Source: Escherichia coli (GTDB taxonomy: Bacteria > Pseudomonadota > Gammaproteobacteria > Enterobacterales > Enterobacteriaceae). From it: a stretch of 327 nt of DNA. A program made the position numbers and the translations under genes. Under the pieces are notes generated by a model that did no database searches, was not told the DNA's origin, and saw only the letters and a program-made list of their open reading frames with translations. This document shows positions 1-327 of this stretch, one piece after another; the stretch's first letter is position 1, and every line of letters begins with the position of its first letter. Location: the NCBI RefSeq assembly GCF_003334355.1, contig NZ_QOWP01000115.1; one strand, given 5' to 3'.

Positions 1-327
1 TTCAACGGGCGGCCTGACTGCACCATCTCTCCACAGGCAAGAACGGCGTGCCCCGCCGCTAAAATGTTACGAGCGCCGTTTACATCGGCGTTCGCTGTAT
101 ATCCACATACCTGGCATCTGAATTTACTTTGTGACAGGCGGTTCTCTTTCGCTGTATGACCACAGTACGCGCAACGCTGGCTTGTATACGCTGGCGGAAC
201 AGCAAGCACCTGACCGCCACGCCAGAGCTGCTTGTACTCAAGCTGGCGGTGCATTTCATACCAGCCCTGATCCAGTATCGAACGGTTTAAACCTGATTTT
301 GCCCGGACATTGCGCCCCGGCTGGCTG
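1..327 (-). CDS. tnpB: Partial CDS, truncated at both window edges: C-terminal region of a TnpB-type RNA-guided endonuclease (IS200/IS605- or IS607-family accessory protein OrfB). Complete codons span 3-326.
   Basis: Seen in sequence: the reverse-complement frame starting at + strand 326 reads 108 codons with no stop, while the other two minus-strand frames and all three plus-strand frames contain stops. The translation has the TnpB hallmarks in the family order: GW..L.YK, then [11 protein letters not shown], a second C..CG, then the [14 protein letters not shown] RuvC-III motif. Codon usage looks enterobacterial. From unverified memory it closely resembles the E. coli IS609 TnpB (insQ/ydcM-like); this needs a BLAST check. 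Confidence 0.9.
63..92 (-). other. RuvC-III catalytic motif of TnpB ([10 protein letters not shown]), conserved Asp codon (gat) at + strand 84-86
   Basis: Seen in sequence: the reverse complement of 63-92 reads aac gcc gat gta aac ggc gct cgt aac att, i.e. [10 protein letters not shown]. Established knowledge: the third RuvC catalytic residue of TnpB/Cas12 is an Asp in an N-A-D-x-N-(A/G)-A-x-N-I context just downstream of the zinc finger. Confidence 0.8.
105..173 (-). other. Zinc-finger (zinc-ribbon) motif of TnpB, C-x2-C-x15-C-x2-C (CAYCGH ... CQVCGY), all four Cys codons intact
   Basis: Seen in sequence: Cys codons at + strand 171-173, 162-164, 114-116 and 105-107 (minus-strand tgc, tgt, tgc, tgt). 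Established knowledge: TnpB and Cas12 proteins carry a CxxC...CxxC zinc finger inserted between RuvC-II and RuvC-III. Confidence 0.8.

Noticed and set aside
44-58. Short GC hairpin (cggcg / cgccg, 5-bp stem with 5-nt loop) considered as a terminator or omega-RNA stem
   Set aside because: There is no following T/U tract on either strand, it lies inside the coding region (encoding ...AAGHAV...), and a 5-bp GC stem is expected by chance in GC-rich sequence. Not enough to call a structural element.
1-156. Plus-strand open frame (frame 1, about 52 codons, 1-156) antisense to tnpB
   Set aside because: It is short, has no convincing start context, its translation ([52 protein letters not shown]) has no recognisable motif, and it lies entirely within a strongly supported minus-strand CDS. 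The other two plus-strand frames have early stops. Most likely a chance open frame in GC-rich antisense sequence.
190-249. Repeated gctggcgg (190-197 and 242-249), each preceded by gcttgta, considered as Chi-like or regulatory repeats
   Set aside because: Neither copy matches the E. coli Chi octamer GCTGGTGG. On the coding strand both fall within conserved TnpB residues (PPAYTSQ and RQLEYKQ), so the similarity is explained by coding sequence and codon bias.
1-327. Possibility that the protein is IscB/Cas9-like or a Cas12 effector rather than TnpB
   Set aside because: The visible segment before RuvC-III holds only a zinc finger and no HNH motif, which fits TnpB/Cas12 architecture rather than IscB/Cas9. 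No CRISPR repeats are present, and the compact spacing of motifs fits TnpB better than a large Cas12. Flanking sequence would be needed to exclude a Cas12 formally.

Overview
The whole 327-nt window is an internal fragment of one minus-strand coding region. Reverse-complementing and translating (complete codons at + strand 326 down to 3) gives 108 codons with no stop: [108 protein letters not shown]. This is the C-terminal part of a TnpB-type protein, the RNA-guided RuvC-like endonuclease (OMEGA effector) of IS200/IS605- or IS607-family insertion sequences. It carries the CxxC-x15-CxxC zinc finger and the RuvC-III motif ([10 protein letters not shown]) with the catalytic Asp present. Both ends of the gene lie outside the window: the N-terminal part, including the expected RuvC-II Glu motif, is beyond position 327, and the stop codon, right end and most of any omega RNA are beyond position 1. 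The other five reading frames contain stops. No promoter, terminator, tRNA, CRISPR array or IS terminus is visible. This is a member of a well-known family rather than a novel system; the main point of interest is that the visible portion looks nuclease-competent, not decayed or repurposed.
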